From a virus: a stretch of DNA of 64,000 bases. The notes below the pieces were generated by a model that worked only from the letters and a program-made list of their open reading frames with translations, was not told the DNA's origin and did not search any database. The stretch covers positions 1 through 64,000 of IMG/VR virus record IMGVR_UViG_3300043446_003702, one strand, 5' to 3'. Below are positions 1 through 11,249 of the stretch, in pieces; the first letter of the stretch is position 1; each line of letters opens with the position of its first letter. Position numbers and translations under genes: made by a program.

Positions 1-36
1 AGTGGCAGCAGAAAGCCATAAAATACTATCCACCCC

Positions 37-765
37 ATGATCTTGTATGTCAACGGTGACAGTCATACCGCAGCTGCCGAAGCCGTGAATCCCCATTGTT
101 TTGCTGAAGATGACGGCGCATTGTATCACTTGGGACGACAACCACATCCTGATAACTTGGCAGTGAGTTGGGGTCGCCGACTAGCACACATGCTGTCAGC
201 AGATTTTGTGTGTGATGCTGAATCTGCCTCCAGCAATGCTAGAATTATTCGTACTACTCGTGCATGGATCAAGCACCACATGAATCAACTTGGTCAAGTC
301 TTGATGGTCATACAGTGGTCTACATGGGAGCGTGAAGAATGGCTGTATCAGGATCAATACTGGCAGGTCAATGCATCAGGCATTGATCATGTACCTGAGT
401 CTTTGAGAGATCAATACAAAAATTTTGTCAGCAATGTTGATTGGTCATTGTGTACTGAAAAAGCACATCAAGACATATACAGTTTTCACAAAGAACTAAT
501 GGCGCTGAACATCCCACACATATTTTTCAATGGTAATTCAGATTTTTCCAAAGTCAAAAATCCTGTCGATTGGGATGTATGTTACATGAGTCCTTATGAC
601 CCTGCAATGACCTATACTAAAGTATTACAAGCCACAGGCTTTTCAACACAAAAGCCACACAATTGGCATTTTGGTGCACCAGCCCATAGGTTCTGGGCCG
701 AGATTGTGCTACAATACATCAAACACAACAACTTGGTACCCACACATGCGCTATCTACTGATTGA
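37..765 (+). CDS. SGNH/GDSL-like hydrolase family protein
   Basis: N-terminal NGDSHT and C-terminal WHFG..AH motifs; paralogs at 19276 and 63423. Confidence 0.55.
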   Translation: MILYVNGDSHTAAAEAVNPHCFAEDDGALYHLGRQPHPDNLAVSWGRRLAHMLSADFVCDAESASSNARIIRTTRAWIKHHMNQLGQVLMVIQWSTWEREEWLYQDQYWQVNASGIDHVPESLRDQYKNFVSNVDWSLCTEKAHQDIYSFHKELMALNIPHIFFNGNSDFSKVKNPVDWDVCYMSPYDPAMTYTKVLQATGFSTQKPHNWHFGAPAHRFWAEIVLQYIKHNNLVPTHALSTD

Positions 766-1831
766 TACTTCCAACATGTTTTTCCGTGCACGGCACCAAG
801 CACATCGTGCCGCAGACACATGGACCAAACTGGGCTTTGCCCTGCATCTAACATTGATGAGTGCAAATAAAGTAGCACGTGATTTAGGTGCTGATCACGT
901 GGTGTTCGCACTAGAGGGTCGTAGCTGGCGCAAAGATTACTACAAACCTTACAAAGCCAATCGTGCTGTGGCACGTGGGCAAATGAGTGAGTCAGAAGCA
1001 GAAGAGGACAAACTGTTCTGGGAAACCTATGATGAGCTGACTAAATACTTGTCTACACGAACCAACTGTAGTGTTATCCGTTGTGCCACAGCAGAAGCAG
1101 ATGACATCATTGCACGTTGGATTGCACTACACCCCCAAGACGAACACGTCGTTGTTAGTTCAGATTCTGACTTTGTGCAATTGATTGCTGCCAATGTCAA
1201 ACTATACAATGGCATCAACGATCACTTGTTCAGTGTTTCGGGTGTCACAGACGCAAAAGGCAAAAACTTGGCATTTAGCATTGAGAGCAACTCAAAGATC
1301 AAGGTTGGCAAACCCGACGCTGACTTTGTACCTCCTGTGGACTATCAGAAGTGGGTTTTGTTCCTAAAATGCATGCGTGGCGATCCTGGCGACAATGTGT
1401 TTTCTGCATATCCAGGTGTGCGTGTTCGAGGTACAAAGAATCAAGTTGGACTCACCGAAGCGTTTGAAGATCGTGACCGACGTGGCTATGCTTGGAACAA
1501 TCTCATGTTGCAACGCTGGTTGGACCATGAGCAAGTGGAACGCAAGGTCCTGGATGACTATGAACGTAATCGTGTGTTGATTGATCTCACAGCACAGCCC
1601 GATCACATCAAGGCCACAGTGGACGAAGCCATACGTGAGCAAATCAGTCATAGAGATGTGGGCATGGTGGGTGCGCACTTTTTGAAATTCTGTGGTCGGT
1701 ACGAACTTACCAAACTCAGTGACTATGCAGATGCCATTGGTCGCTGGTTGAATGAAACATACAAAGGAGTATTAGATGATCGAAGCCAAACCTATAGTGG
1801 ACAAAAAGTATTGGATCCTCAAGCAGGATGA
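746..1831 (+). CDS. rnh: T4-like RNase H / 5'-3' exonuclease (FEN family)
   Basis: LLIDTSN, SWRKDYYKPYKANR, EADDII, SSDSDFVQL, GDPGDNV motifs; start moved to ATG 746. Confidence 0.9.
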   Translation: MRYLLIDTSNMFFRARHQAHRAADTWTKLGFALHLTLMSANKVARDLGADHVVFALEGRSWRKDYYKPYKANRAVARGQMSESEAEEDKLFWETYDELTKYLSTRTNCSVIRCATAEADDIIARWIALHPQDEHVVVSSDSDFVQLIAANVKLYNGINDHLFSVSGVTDAKGKNLAFSIESNSKIKVGKPDADFVPPVDYQKWVLFLKCMRGDPGDNVFSAYPGVRVRGTKNQVGLTEAFEDRDRRGYAWNNLMLQRWLDHEQVERKVLDDYERNRVLIDLTAQPDHIKATVDEAIREQISHRDVGMVGAHFLKFCGRYELTKLSDYADAIGRWLNETYKGVLDDRSQTYSGQKVLDPQAG

Positions 1832-2225
1832 TCGCAAGATTGGTGCAGTTGAAGCCGAAAAGGATGGCTACACTGTGCGCATCAATGATCAAGTTGGCAA
1901 GTTCAAAACCATTCCCATGGTTCGTCGACGAGCCAATATTGAATTTGCACCATTAGAAAAAACCACAAAACCAGCACCAGATCAAGTGCATGGATACGAA
2001 ACTGGTTGCAGAGCATTCAATCCCATGTGGGACGTCAAACACCGGCTGCCTCTGTTTACCAAAGAAAACAAAAGCAAATCATGGTTTGCCGCAGGTTGGT
2101 ATGCTGTACGACAACATCGTACTTGGAAACTAATTCGCAATCCAAAACTTATTGTGTTAGAACGTTATCAATACCGAGGTCCATTTCATACTCAGGAGGA
2201 CGCACGTGACCAATCTTTGGGATAG
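1776..2225 (+). CDS. hypothetical phage protein
   Basis: 149 aa ORF with AAGGAG Shine-Dalgarno. Confidence 0.7.
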   Translation: MIEAKPIVDKKYWILKQDDRKIGAVEAEKDGYTVRINDQVGKFKTIPMVRRRANIEFAPLEKTTKPAPDQVHGYETGCRAFNPMWDVKHRLPLFTKENKSKSWFAAGWYAVRQHRTWKLIRNPKLIVLERYQYRGPFHTQEDARDQSLG

Positions 2226-2227
2226 TC

Positions 2228-2860
2228 ATGAACAATTTTAATTTTGCCCCAGATACGCCAATGGTAACTGGTGATCAAAATGATTATTTTTCATACATAA
2301 GTGAAAAATATTTTTGGATATGCAAAGATCACAGCGTGTTAGAAATTGGACCCAATTCTGGTCTACATTCAAAATTTATTGGTGAGGCGGACCCAAAATA
2401 TTTTGAAGTGATCGAAGGTAATGAGGCGGAATATAACACCTTAGTTAATATACCAGGAATTGATAAAATAACTATCAATGATGCACTACTAGAACTACAG
2501 CAACAAAAATTATTTGATGTTTGTATATGCCTTGGTGTATTGTATCATTTGCACAGTCCATTGCACTTACTAGAATTATTGGTCAACAATTGTCAACCTA
2601 AATATATCATGTTAGATAATATTAGCCTCGCAAGCACTGATATATATTTACAACCCGAAAAAATTAATATGCCAGGCAATGCCCAAACTGTAAAAAATTG
2701 GAAAAGTTGTCAATTATCTTTTGTGTTGCCATTTCCAGTGTATAATGAATCTTTGTATAACATGGGGTATGATTTACAATTGGCCAATTATCAATCAGTT
2801 TCGTGGTTTCCCAAAAGCAATGGATGGACCGCATTATGGGTATCAAGGAGTATAAAATGA
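2228..2860 (+). CDS. class I SAM-dependent methyltransferase
   Basis: VLEIGPNSG and FDVCICLGVLYHL motifs; AT-rich. Confidence 0.75.
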   Translation: MNNFNFAPDTPMVTGDQNDYFSYISEKYFWICKDHSVLEIGPNSGLHSKFIGEADPKYFEVIEGNEAEYNTLVNIPGIDKITINDALLELQQQKLFDVCICLGVLYHLHSPLHLLELLVNNCQPKYIMLDNISLASTDIYLQPEKINMPGNAQTVKNWKSCQLSFVLPFPVYNESLYNMGYDLQLANYQSVSWFPKSNGWTALWVSRSIK

Positions 2861-3228
2861 CCAATCCCTTTCGTGATCAAGAAAAATTCATGCGAGCCTG
2901 TGATCAGACCACAGGCGAATTCAACAATGAACAATTCACATTGTATCTAAATCTCATACGTGAAGAATACAACGAACTCATGCAGGCCAATCATGAAGAT
3001 GATCGATTGGAAATGCTGGATGCCATGATTGACATACTTGTGGTCACAATTGGCGCCATACACAGCATGGGTGCAGATGCCGAAGGTGCATGGAAAGAAG
3101 TCATGGCAACTAACTTCAACAAGATTGATAGGCAAACTGGCAAGGTGCGAAAACGCGAAGATGGCAAAGTGCTCAAACCTCAGGGCTGGATACCGCCTAA
3201 TCTTGAACCATTTGTTAAACCAAGATGA
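2857..3228 (+). CDS. MazG-like / PRA-PH NTP pyrophosphohydrolase
   Basis: LIREEYNEL..LDAMIDILVV and REDGKVLKP motifs. Confidence 0.8.
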   Translation: MTNPFRDQEKFMRACDQTTGEFNNEQFTLYLNLIREEYNELMQANHEDDRLEMLDAMIDILVVTIGAIHSMGADAEGAWKEVMATNFNKIDRQTGKVRKREDGKVLKPQGWIPPNLEPFVKPR

Positions 3229-3437
3229 GTTTGCACATACATCGTTTTGTTGATTCAATCAAAGCACACGAAGCACGTGGGCAACGTGACTTTGTAATGA
3301 GCCTGCGTGATGCCAAAGATCTGCATTCGGACATTACCAAATTGTTGGTAACCCTGGAACAGTTACGTGAACAGCAGACTCGGGGTGCAGAAGTTGTAGA
3401 AGTACTTGTCACTGGTGGTAGTTTTAAAAGTGCATAG
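3225..3437 (+). CDS. hypothetical phage protein
   Basis: ATGA-coupled to the upstream gene. Confidence 0.6.
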   Translation: MSLHIHRFVDSIKAHEARGQRDFVMSLRDAKDLHSDITKLLVTLEQLREQQTRGAEVVEVLVTGGSFKSA

Positions 3438-3466
3438 ATATTGGCATAAATAAACATGGAGTTATT

Positions 3467-3763
3467 ATGTCAAGACCAAAGCCCACAGTGCTGATTGAGC
3501 ACACCAACAAGCAAACCTACAAGACCGAACAAGTACTGGCCTCTGAAGGTGTGTGGGCTGTGTTTTTTGACAGCAAACCCATCAATCTAAAAACAAGTAA
3601 TTTGCTCACTCAATTTCCTGGGCCAAAATATAAAAAAGTATCGTTCTCCAACCCCGGACATGCTATAAATTTGGCTCGCAAACTCAACACACAATTTAGA
3701 ACTGACAAATTTTCTGTGGTGCTGTTAAAGCAAGGGGATAAAATATATCCCAATGCTCAATAA
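3467..3763 (+). CDS. hypothetical phage protein
   Basis: TAAATA motif and GGAG SD upstream. Confidence 0.65.
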   Translation: MSRPKPTVLIEHTNKQTYKTEQVLASEGVWAVFFDSKPINLKTSNLLTQFPGPKYKKVSFSNPGHAINLARKLNTQFRTDKFSVVLLKQGDKIYPNAQ

Positions 3764-4112
3764 ACTATCTCTCACAGCCGAACTCATACATCACTATCCA
3801 GATGCTCCTGCCCTAGACGAAGCCCTGCAATCATGGTGGCAGAACATTCGTGAAGATGGCGGCTTGCGATTGACTGATATAGGGTACCATGTGTTCAGTA
3901 ATTATCTGGAACTTAGCAGTTACACTTTTGAATTGCCTGAACGGTTGTTGATTCCAAGAAACTTGATTGCCTTGGACAGACATATGACATCGCCTTACTA
4001 CATTGTCAACAACCGTAAACATAATAAACTAGTGATGTTTGGCAGCAAAGAAGCCATGATGGCTGCCTTGCATGGGGACATGCAAAAGTTTATCACAAGT
4101 TTAACTTATTAG
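3753..4112 (+). CDS. hypothetical phage protein
   Basis: overlapping co-oriented ORF. Confidence 0.6.
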   Translation: MLNKLSLTAELIHHYPDAPALDEALQSWWQNIREDGGLRLTDIGYHVFSNYLELSSYTFELPERLLIPRNLIALDRHMTSPYYIVNNRKHNKLVMFGSKEAMMAALHGDMQKFITSLTY

Positions 4113-5052
4113 CCAAGTGTTCACAATCACGCCGGAATCGTAATTCCATGATGTTGGTGTAATCATCTAACAAAAATTCTCTTTGGGCACGTAGTCGTTC
4201 TTGATATGCGGAGAGATCTATACGTCCTTGTATCAAATCTCGATTGCGTTCCAGTGCTTGAACCAGTCTGATTTCATTGGGTAGATCATCGTAACTGAGG
4301 TCGACCACATCATCAAACATGTCAAAGCCGTGTGTACGTATGCTGCCTACCAATCCTTGCGATCCAATCACAATGGGTATTTGTTGAGCCAACATGGCAA
4401 ACAAGGTTTTTTCACAAAACAGTCCTGGCACCGGATCATACAAGGTTTCGGTCACAATATTTACTGCACAAGATCCATACACTGAGGACAATCTAATGAA
4501 ATTTTCGTTATTTTCTGTGCCGCGGTAGGTGCTGTAGTCCCATTCAGGCAGTGGAATTTTTGTGCCATAGCTCAGCGTACCACCGCCCCACTGAGACAGT
4601 ATGTCTACCACTTGTTTACGATGACTGCACATTCTTCCATTGAGACACTGCCAAGGCTGTGTTTTAGGCTGTTCAACCACGTGTTGCCAATCAGACCAGC
4701 ACTGTCGCATTCTGTGAATTTCTCTGTAGTTGTGACTGCTGAATTCAATTAGATTGATGGGACCATGATACGTTTTTTCCAGTCCAGGGTGCATGTGAGT
4801 AACCAACACACGGTCAGCATGTTCACCGTAATGGGCACTCACACGATCTAGTTCTATGATACCTTGATCAGTTATTGTCACAAAGTCTTGAAAATGTAAC
4901 ACCAGGAGAGAATTTGATATCCAGTCAATTTCTGGCAATCTTAACGGCCATCCTGGTTGCGGATGATAAGGGGGTACAAAAGTATTGGCCTCTATGTAAA
5001 CGTCAAATCCCAGAGTTTCAAGAGTATTTCTAAACAATTGTGAATAATTCAT
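4093..5052 (-). CDS. paralog family X (VTET..EKT..P..GF motif), possibly glycosyltransferase-like
   Basis: NIVTETLY..FCEKTLFAM..IPIV..GFDMFDDVVDLSYD shared with ORFs at 7211, 47768, 48915, 55774 and 60955. Confidence 0.5.
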   Translation of the reverse strand: MNYSQLFRNTLETLGFDVYIEANTFVPPYHPQPGWPLRLPEIDWISNSLLVLHFQDFVTITDQGIIELDRVSAHYGEHADRVLVTHMHPGLEKTYHGPINLIEFSSHNYREIHRMRQCWSDWQHVVEQPKTQPWQCLNGRMCSHRKQVVDILSQWGGGTLSYGTKIPLPEWDYSTYRGTENNENFIRLSSVYGSCAVNIVTETLYDPVPGLFCEKTLFAMLAQQIPIVIGSQGLVGSIRTHGFDMFDDVVDLSYDDLPNEIRLVQALERNRDLIQGRIDLSAYQERLRAQREFLLDDYTNIMELRFRRDCEHLANKLNL

Positions 5053-5074
5053 TGACTATTTAATAAGTAGACGC

Positions 5075-5770
5075 ATGTACTGGAACAATCCCTTGATTAC
5101 ACTGTGCTGGCCTGACACCAGAGACCCCATTGTTGAAAGTTTTCATCAAGGCGCTCACTGTTTGTTTTACAACCCTCACATGCAATTTGATACTGTACAA
5201 ACCAATCAAACCTTGCAAGAATTGTGTGATTGGGCCAATGCCGGTTTGGCTCAAGGATGGAATAGATTTGTCAATGACAGCAACAATCACTATGACATTG
5301 CTAATTTGGTCAAACTCAACATGTGGGTTGCAGACATCCGTGCTCAGGGCATTGTCAAACCCTGGATGATGTTGGATCAAGGAGATGGCACATATCTCGC
5401 AGGCACAGGCGATTCACGACTGCGATGTTTGGAATGCATGCCTGAAATCACTGGAGTTCCAGCTTTTGTCAGCACCAGCATAGACCGTGCACACTTGTAT
5501 AGTGACCTAGAACCCATAGTGAGTTTTGATCAGTTTGCACAACTGTGCCAAGCCGAACATGGACAGCAATTTTTATTTAGGCTCACTGATCCCAAGGCAC
5601 CTTATGGCATATATTGGTACGAGTTTGACTCTACCCGCACTAGATCTGTCACACCCAGTGAATCCTGGTGTGTGCGCACATTTGCCCGCTATGTGCAACA
5701 GCATTCAGATTTGACTATTTCCAAGACTTGGTTTGGTCAACTGCAAAATTGGCAAACATTTGCTGATTGA
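5075..5770 (+). CDS. hypothetical protein with possible ParB/Srx-like domain
   Basis: DIRAQGIVKPWMM..Y..TGDSRL resembles the ParB/sulfiredoxin core. Confidence 0.4.
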   Translation: MYWNNPLITLCWPDTRDPIVESFHQGAHCLFYNPHMQFDTVQTNQTLQELCDWANAGLAQGWNRFVNDSNNHYDIANLVKLNMWVADIRAQGIVKPWMMLDQGDGTYLAGTGDSRLRCLECMPEITGVPAFVSTSIDRAHLYSDLEPIVSFDQFAQLCQAEHGQQFLFRLTDPKAPYGIYWYEFDSTRTRSVTPSESWCVRTFARYVQQHSDLTISKTWFGQLQNWQTFAD

Positions 5771-7211
5771 TCTTTTGCCAATCTTGATACCTATCACCTG
5801 ACAGGGCTATGTCAACGCCCAACCAAGGCAATGAATCATTGGCGTGACCAGTGAATCCTTTTTTGGGCATCAGCAAATCCTGACGCCATGTGCGTAGAAA
5901 GGCTGTGCGCAACAGAGGCTTGCCTTGTTTGAACTTGGCTGGCAGGTTCAGAGCAAATTTCATGATGCATTGATTCATAAAAGGATTACGAACTTCTTTG
6001 CCCCAGGCACCAGCAATTCTATCCTGTCCTGGTGCATCGCATCCCACAATCTGTGACCAGTAGTCAGCCAACAGTGTGGCCTGATAAGCATCACCATGGT
6101 ACACTGCCAAACACCGACGCCAAAGATCAGGGTCACAGTGAGCACTGTAGGGACTGTGACTTTGGTCAACATCATAGTTGATGTCACCATACACATCATA
6201 ACCTCCAAACAGTTCATCAGCAGCCACACCAGACCACAACACACGACTTTGAGTGTGCTGCGCCACAATCCATTTGCCCACAAAACTCCAACTCTGCACT
6301 GGCATCTTGGTGCGGTGTAAAATTGCGTGGTAAGCCTGTGCCCATTGTTCAGCATTGACGTTGATGCATTGTAAATTTTGCTGTTGTTGCTCGGTCAAAA
6401 ACTCTGTGATACGGTCCACAATGGGATCTTTGCCTGTCATGTTGGTGCTGACCAATTCAGCATCAGGCACGCTGTGCAATATCAAACTGCTGTCTACACC
6501 GCCAGAATAACTGATGGCTGTGGCACAATCAGGTATCATAGTTTTAAGCACGCTGGCCCACAAACTGTCAAATTCTTCCTGCGCCGATTCAATGTTGGGA
6601 TAACACACTGGCCGCACCCAGGACCATACACTGTCCAACATCACAGTGGCTTGATGATCCACATACAACTGCCCAGGCTCCAATCGTTCAATACCGCTCC
6701 AGGGTGTGTGTTGTTGTAAGGTCCAGTGTTTGTTTTTGTAGGCCTCAACCAGTGGTTGAGAACGTACATAGGTCAAGATGGGTGCGACTTCTGAGCATAC
6801 CACTGTGATATCATGGTCTTGATAACGATACAAATAGTGTTCACCTTGTGGATCCGATGCATAACTCACTGCGGCACCGTTCCAGTGTATCCAAGCCCAG
6901 GGTCCTTGAAACAAACGAAATAAATCTCGGTCTTGGGTGGCCGCATGCCATGCCAATTCTATATCATTGTTGTAAGCACCATGATCACGATAGTTGTAAA
7001 TTTCACCGTTGTAGGCAAAAAAATCCGCATGAGCAGTGTGGTAGAAATCTTGTGTGCCTGTAATGTGCAACACAGATTGTGCCACAAACACTGTGTCAGT
7101 GTACTGATATCTCACAAAGTCTGGGCCGCGACTGCTCAATACATCCAAGGCCGCAAGATGCTGCTGTAGCGGCCGTGCTGTCTGACTTTGAACAAAGAGA
7201 ACACCACACAT
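5715..7211 (-). CDS. asnB: asparagine synthetase-like amidotransferase (glutamine-hydrolysing)
   Basis: starts MCGV; RGPD, YNGEIYNY, SGGVDSS, ADELFGGY motifs. Confidence 0.85.
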   Translation of the reverse strand: MCGVLFVQSQTARPLQQHLAALDVLSSRGPDFVRYQYTDTVFVAQSVLHITGTQDFYHTAHADFFAYNGEIYNYRDHGAYNNDIELAWHAATQDRDLFRLFQGPWAWIHWNGAAVSYASDPQGEHYLYRYQDHDITVVCSEVAPILTYVRSQPLVEAYKNKHWTLQQHTPWSGIERLEPGQLYVDHQATVMLDSVWSWVRPVCYPNIESAQEEFDSLWASVLKTMIPDCATAISYSGGVDSSLILHSVPDAELVSTNMTGKDPIVDRITEFLTEQQQQNLQCINVNAEQWAQAYHAILHRTKMPVQSWSFVGKWIVAQHTQSRVLWSGVAADELFGGYDVYGDINYDVDQSHSPYSAHCDPDLWRRCLAVYHGDAYQATLLADYWSQIVGCDAPGQDRIAGAWGKEVRNPFMNQCIMKFALNLPAKFKQGKPLLRTAFLRTWRQDLLMPKKGFTGHANDSLPWLGVDIALSGDRYQDWQKINQQMFANFAVDQTKSWK

Positions 7212-8215
7212 CACTGAATCCTTTGGGCCAGCCAGGCGGCCAGGTCTGAGCGCCAGGTCTGTTTCATTGACGCCAACATTGCTTGATTGTGTGTGGCTGC
7301 GGCTTGGCATCGTGCAGCCAATTCAGACCAGTTGTGTTGCTTCAGTCTGTCAATGGTGGTGTGAGCAGTGTTAACAAATGTGGCAGTTTTGTGCTGTGCT
7401 TCTACCACATGATCATAGTTGTGATCTACAATGTCTGGCAGTACGTCAAACCCCAGGCAACGTAATTTGGCAATGGTGTAACGGCTGCAATATGCCACCC
7501 AAGGCACTGGTGTGACCAAACATCTAAATATTTTTTCACTGAGTGAAATTACATTGTCACTGCTGTAGGTTTCTACAGCAATGTTTAACCAACTACGTGT
7601 GTGTGTTTGATCATGATCAATTTCATAATTTTTTAATGGCATCATTTCTTGCAATTGCTCAAAAAATATCAGTTCTTTGTCAGTGGCATAGACCAATTGA
7701 TCGCGAAAGTTTTGCCGAGGATCTGAGTGCCTGTCTCCTGCACAGTTAAAATTTACATAGCCACGGTAAAGGCCCACATACCTATACAGATTAAGCAGTA
7801 TTCGCATGCGTTTGAGATCCACACGATTCACTGCAAATGTGAAATCGCGATCAGGCTGCCAGTTTTGGTTCGCTGGTTGATATGCATATATGCCATGAAA
7901 ACTGTGGGGCACTCGGGCCACAGTGTAAACTGTGGGTGTGTTGATCCAGTTGTCGGTGATCACAGTGGTGTCAGCGTCAAACAAGTAGGGAGTGTCTTGA
8001 TTGCGATCCTTGGCACAGTTCCAAACATCATCCACCAAGCTCACAGCCACGGTCTGTGATCCACGCTGCCAAATGCTTCTAGTGTGGCTGACCACTGCGG
8101 TGGTTTGGTATCCTAGTTCTGCTAGACGTGTGCAAATTGTGTCAACTGCGGCTTCTTCATGTTCCAAGCACAGGCTAGATTGCCAAATTTCGTTGGCATG
8201 GATGATACTGCTCAT
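7211..8215 (-). CDS. paralog family X protein
   Basis: NIAVETY..SEKIFR..P..GFDVLPDIVDHNYD. Confidence 0.5.
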   Translation of the reverse strand: MSSIIHANEIWQSSLCLEHEEAAVDTICTRLAELGYQTTAVVSHTRSIWQRGSQTVAVSLVDDVWNCAKDRNQDTPYLFDADTTVITDNWINTPTVYTVARVPHSFHGIYAYQPANQNWQPDRDFTFAVNRVDLKRMRILLNLYRYVGLYRGYVNFNCAGDRHSDPRQNFRDQLVYATDKELIFFEQLQEMMPLKNYEIDHDQTHTRSWLNIAVETYSSDNVISLSEKIFRCLVTPVPWVAYCSRYTIAKLRCLGFDVLPDIVDHNYDHVVEAQHKTATFVNTAHTTIDRLKQHNWSELAARCQAAATHNQAMLASMKQTWRSDLAAWLAQRIQ

Positions 8216-8289
8216 TGAGTACTTATAGTACCCAAGTATTACCGGACAGAATCCGCAAAAAGTAGTACTTTTGTAGCACTACTTTTTGG

Positions 8290-8318
8290 TTGACCAATAA
8301 TTCCCAAAATGCTATAAT
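8290..8318 (+). promoter_or_regulatory. sigma70-type early promoter
   Basis: TTGACC-N17-TATAAT; same architecture with -35 at 8647, 9164, 11133, 15731, 17962, 27446, 29540, 30244, 30649, 31154, 34894, 37234. Confidence 0.85.
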
Positions 8319-8324
8319 AATGGC

Positions 8325-8657
8325 ATGATGAGAAAGAAACGTACTGATCGAACCCACATTGTGTACATGATCCAGATTGGATTGGAGTACTACATTGGTA
8401 TTACCGCTAAAACTCAGCGCACCATAAACATGTCGCTTCGTAGTCGCATCAACAAACACATCTATCGTAGCCGCACCGAAGACAAGAGCTGGAACCTGTA
8501 CAATGCAATTCGCACGGCAGGCGAAGCCGCTGTTAACTACGCCATCGTGGACACGGTGCGTGGCAAAGATGTTGCACACAAGCTCGAGCGCGAGTTAATA
8601 CGAATGTATGCACCTGCGCTGAACACTGATGTGCGTGTGAAATCGGTTGCCCAATAA
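8325..8657 (+). CDS. GIY-YIG nuclease domain protein
   Basis: IVY..YYIGIT..R..H..LERELI pattern. Confidence 0.7.
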   Translation: MMRKKRTDRTHIVYMIQIGLEYYIGITAKTQRTINMSLRSRINKHIYRSRTEDKSWNLYNAIRTAGEAAVNYAIVDTVRGKDVAHKLERELIRMYAPALNTDVRVKSVAQ

Positions 8658-8708
8658 TCGCCGTTTTGCTATAATATACACATAGACAGCAACAAATAGG
8701 AGCAAAAA

Positions 8709-9167
8709 GTGAACTACGAAAACATGATGAACACCGCACAAGGACTAGAGCTGATGAAGGGTTTGACTTTCGTCAAGGTCGAAGGATCTGTGGGCTCAGG
8801 CGAGATGCTGTTCGAAACCGCAGAGGGTGCTCGATTTGTGTTTGGTCACTGGCAGAATTGCTGTGAGAGCGTGGACATCAACGACATCACTGGCGACCTT
8901 GAAGACCTCGTAGGTGAGCCGCTCCTGATCGCAGAAGAAGTATCCGGTGAGACTCCCGTAGACTTCGATGAAGACTATCACGAGTCTGTGTCCTGGACCT
9001 TCTACAAGTTTGCTACCCGCAAGGGATACGTGGACGTTCGTTGGTTAGGAGAGTCCAACGGGTACTACAGCGAGAGCGTAGACCTGTTCGTAGAGGGTGT
9101 AACTGTGGCAGAAAAGCCACAGCCCAGCCGTCGGCTGGGCCAATTGTTGCAAGGCAAGATCGGTTGA
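8709..9167 (+). CDS. conserved hypothetical phage early protein
   Basis: QNCCESV and WLGESNGYYSE motifs; own promoter and SD. Confidence 0.75.
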   Translation: MNYENMMNTAQGLELMKGLTFVKVEGSVGSGEMLFETAEGARFVFGHWQNCCESVDINDITGDLEDLVGEPLLIAEEVSGETPVDFDEDYHESVSWTFYKFATRKGYVDVRWLGESNGYYSESVDLFVEGVTVAEKPQPSRRLGQLLQGKIG

Positions 9168-9222
9168 CAGGAAGCTGATTTGGTTGTATAATACACATAT
9201 AGACAGCAACAAGGAGTCAGTA

Positions 9223-9594
9223 ATGGAACAGTTCAAAAGTTGGGAAGAGATGACTGATCTTGAGCAAGCCCAATGCACTTATTGGGACTTGTACAAGGAC
9301 GCCTATGGTTATCGCCCCCGTGGTATTGACACTTCCACCTGGACTCTGGCAGACTTTGAACAGGAGTTTGCCAGCCTTGGCTCTGTTATTGAACGTGAAG
9401 AGGCTGATCGTCAGACAGCCCAGGCCCAGGCCATTGACAAGTTTGAAAGCCGTGTGACCAGTCTCCTGAACACCGGCGCTGATCGTGAGCAGGTGATTGC
9501 CTGGCTCATGGATGCTGAACACGCCAATGGCGATTGGGATTACTTCTGTTTCACCCAGGGTTTGCCCTACGGTTATTTTAGAAAGGCAGCATGA
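9223..9594 (+). CDS. hypothetical early protein
   Basis: promoter at 9164, AAGGAG SD, ATG 9223. Confidence 0.7.
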   Translation: MEQFKSWEEMTDLEQAQCTYWDLYKDAYGYRPRGIDTSTWTLADFEQEFASLGSVIEREEADRQTAQAQAIDKFESRVTSLLNTGADREQVIAWLMDAEHANGDWDYFCFTQGLPYGYFRKAA

Positions 9595-11136
9595 TGAAAT
9601 TCACAGTTGAATGGCATGACAAAATGCATCGTTGGGACGTGGTTCGTTGGGACACCACTGCGGAAGGTGTGTATACTATGTATGCTGGTACCACAGTGGA
9701 CCGGTGTGCTACACTAGATGAGGCAGAAGAAATCTGTGCATACCACACAGACATGATGAACCCTGAGTTGTGGGCAGATCATGGATGTGAATTTGATCGG
9801 GAGACAATGTAATGGCAGGCAAAGCAAAATCAATCTATCTCACAGTCACTGTCAAAGGTCAACTTCGTGCAGTGTTTCGCAAAATGTTTTTCAATGCCAG
9901 TGACTACAATGCCTACGTCAAAACTGACGAGTTCAAGGCTCAGTGGCCCACTACCGAATACGACATAATCAAAGAGGTGTACTGACATGATGCCCGCTGG
10001 ACGATATTACATTGGTGATCTGTGCTATGTCATGCACCCTGAATGGTCGGAGTGCTGTGATTTGTTCTTCCCAAGCCACCACCAGCCCCGAGGTGTTGAG
10101 GGTGAGTTTGTGCTCAAGGATGGACGTAGGTTTGCCAGTTTTAGCACAGCCTATGGCGATGGCACCTACACTTCCAACATTGGTACCGAACACTCAGTAG
10201 ACTCTGGCAGTATTGGTTGCATCCGTGCAGAAGACATTCGCGACACTGAGTACGACTCTGTAACCATTGAGCAATTGGGTGCGTTTGTGGATTTCCCTGA
10301 GCCCTTTGAAGTATCAAACGATGCTGGCATGCTGACATTTGGGCATGTGCAAATTGAAACCAATACCGATTATGATTGGGAGGAAGAATAATGTGGTCAT
10401 TAGTACTCTATACCATTGTACCTATGCAATCTTTGGAAATGCTTGGAGAGATTGGATATTATGCCGCATTCAATAAATGCGTGTATGCCCAGAATCAAGT
10501 GCAATCTAAAGTCACAGCACAAGATCCCAATGGGCTGTTACTTTGCATTAAAGATTTTAAAAACACATATGAGGCAAAAGAAAAATGACCAAAGTTGTGA
10601 TCAACACATGCCACGGTGGCTTTGGGCTCAGTGCCGAAGCCGAGCGCAAATACCGGGAACTGGCTGGCATTGCAGATGCTGATTTTCACAGCCGAAACAT
10701 ACCAAGAGACGATGCACACTTGATTGCTGTGGTTGAACTCATGGGCGAGACAGCCAACAACAGATTTTCAGAGTTGAAGATTGTGGACATACCCGACGAC
10801 GTCAACTGGTATATCGAAGAATATGACGGTAAGGAATGGGTGGCCGAACGTCACCGGACCTGGGATTGATACATGAACAAGCACAACGATGACATAGACT
10901 TGCCCGACATGCCGGTAGAGCCTGACCCACCACCACCAACTGTGGTGGTCATAGCCGAAGATTTACGCCTGGGTCCTGCTGAAGTTAAACCCTATGACCG
11001 CAATGCCTGGATCCGAGAGTTTGGTCCCCGACCGCCCACTGTGGGCATGCGAGTATTGGACTTTGTGATTGTTGGATTGTTTGTCAGCACAGCCGTGGTG
11101 ATCATCAAAGCCTGTACCTGGGCATTTTTTAGTTGA
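9591..11136 (+). CDS. run of small hypothetical early genes (9591-9812, 9812-9985, 9987-10391, 10391-10588, 10585-10869, 10873-11136)
   Basis: tightly packed, stop/start-coupled ORFs; 9812-9985 (57 aa) is absent from the ORF track. Confidence 0.65.
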
Positions 11137-11169
11137 CCATAAATAGATTTCCTGTTACAATTGCATCAC

Positions 11170-11244
11170 AGGCCTGTAGTTAAAAGGTATAACAGTGAAC
11201 TCATAATTCACCAGTTTCTGGTTCGACTCCAGACGGGCCTACCA
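11170..11244 (+). tRNA. tRNA-Ile2/Met (CAT), probably the lysidine-type AUA reader
   Basis: cloverleaf, loop CTCATAA, GGCCTGTAG 5' end typical of Ile2, encoded CCA. Confidence 0.8.
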
Positions 11245-11249
11245 TGTCA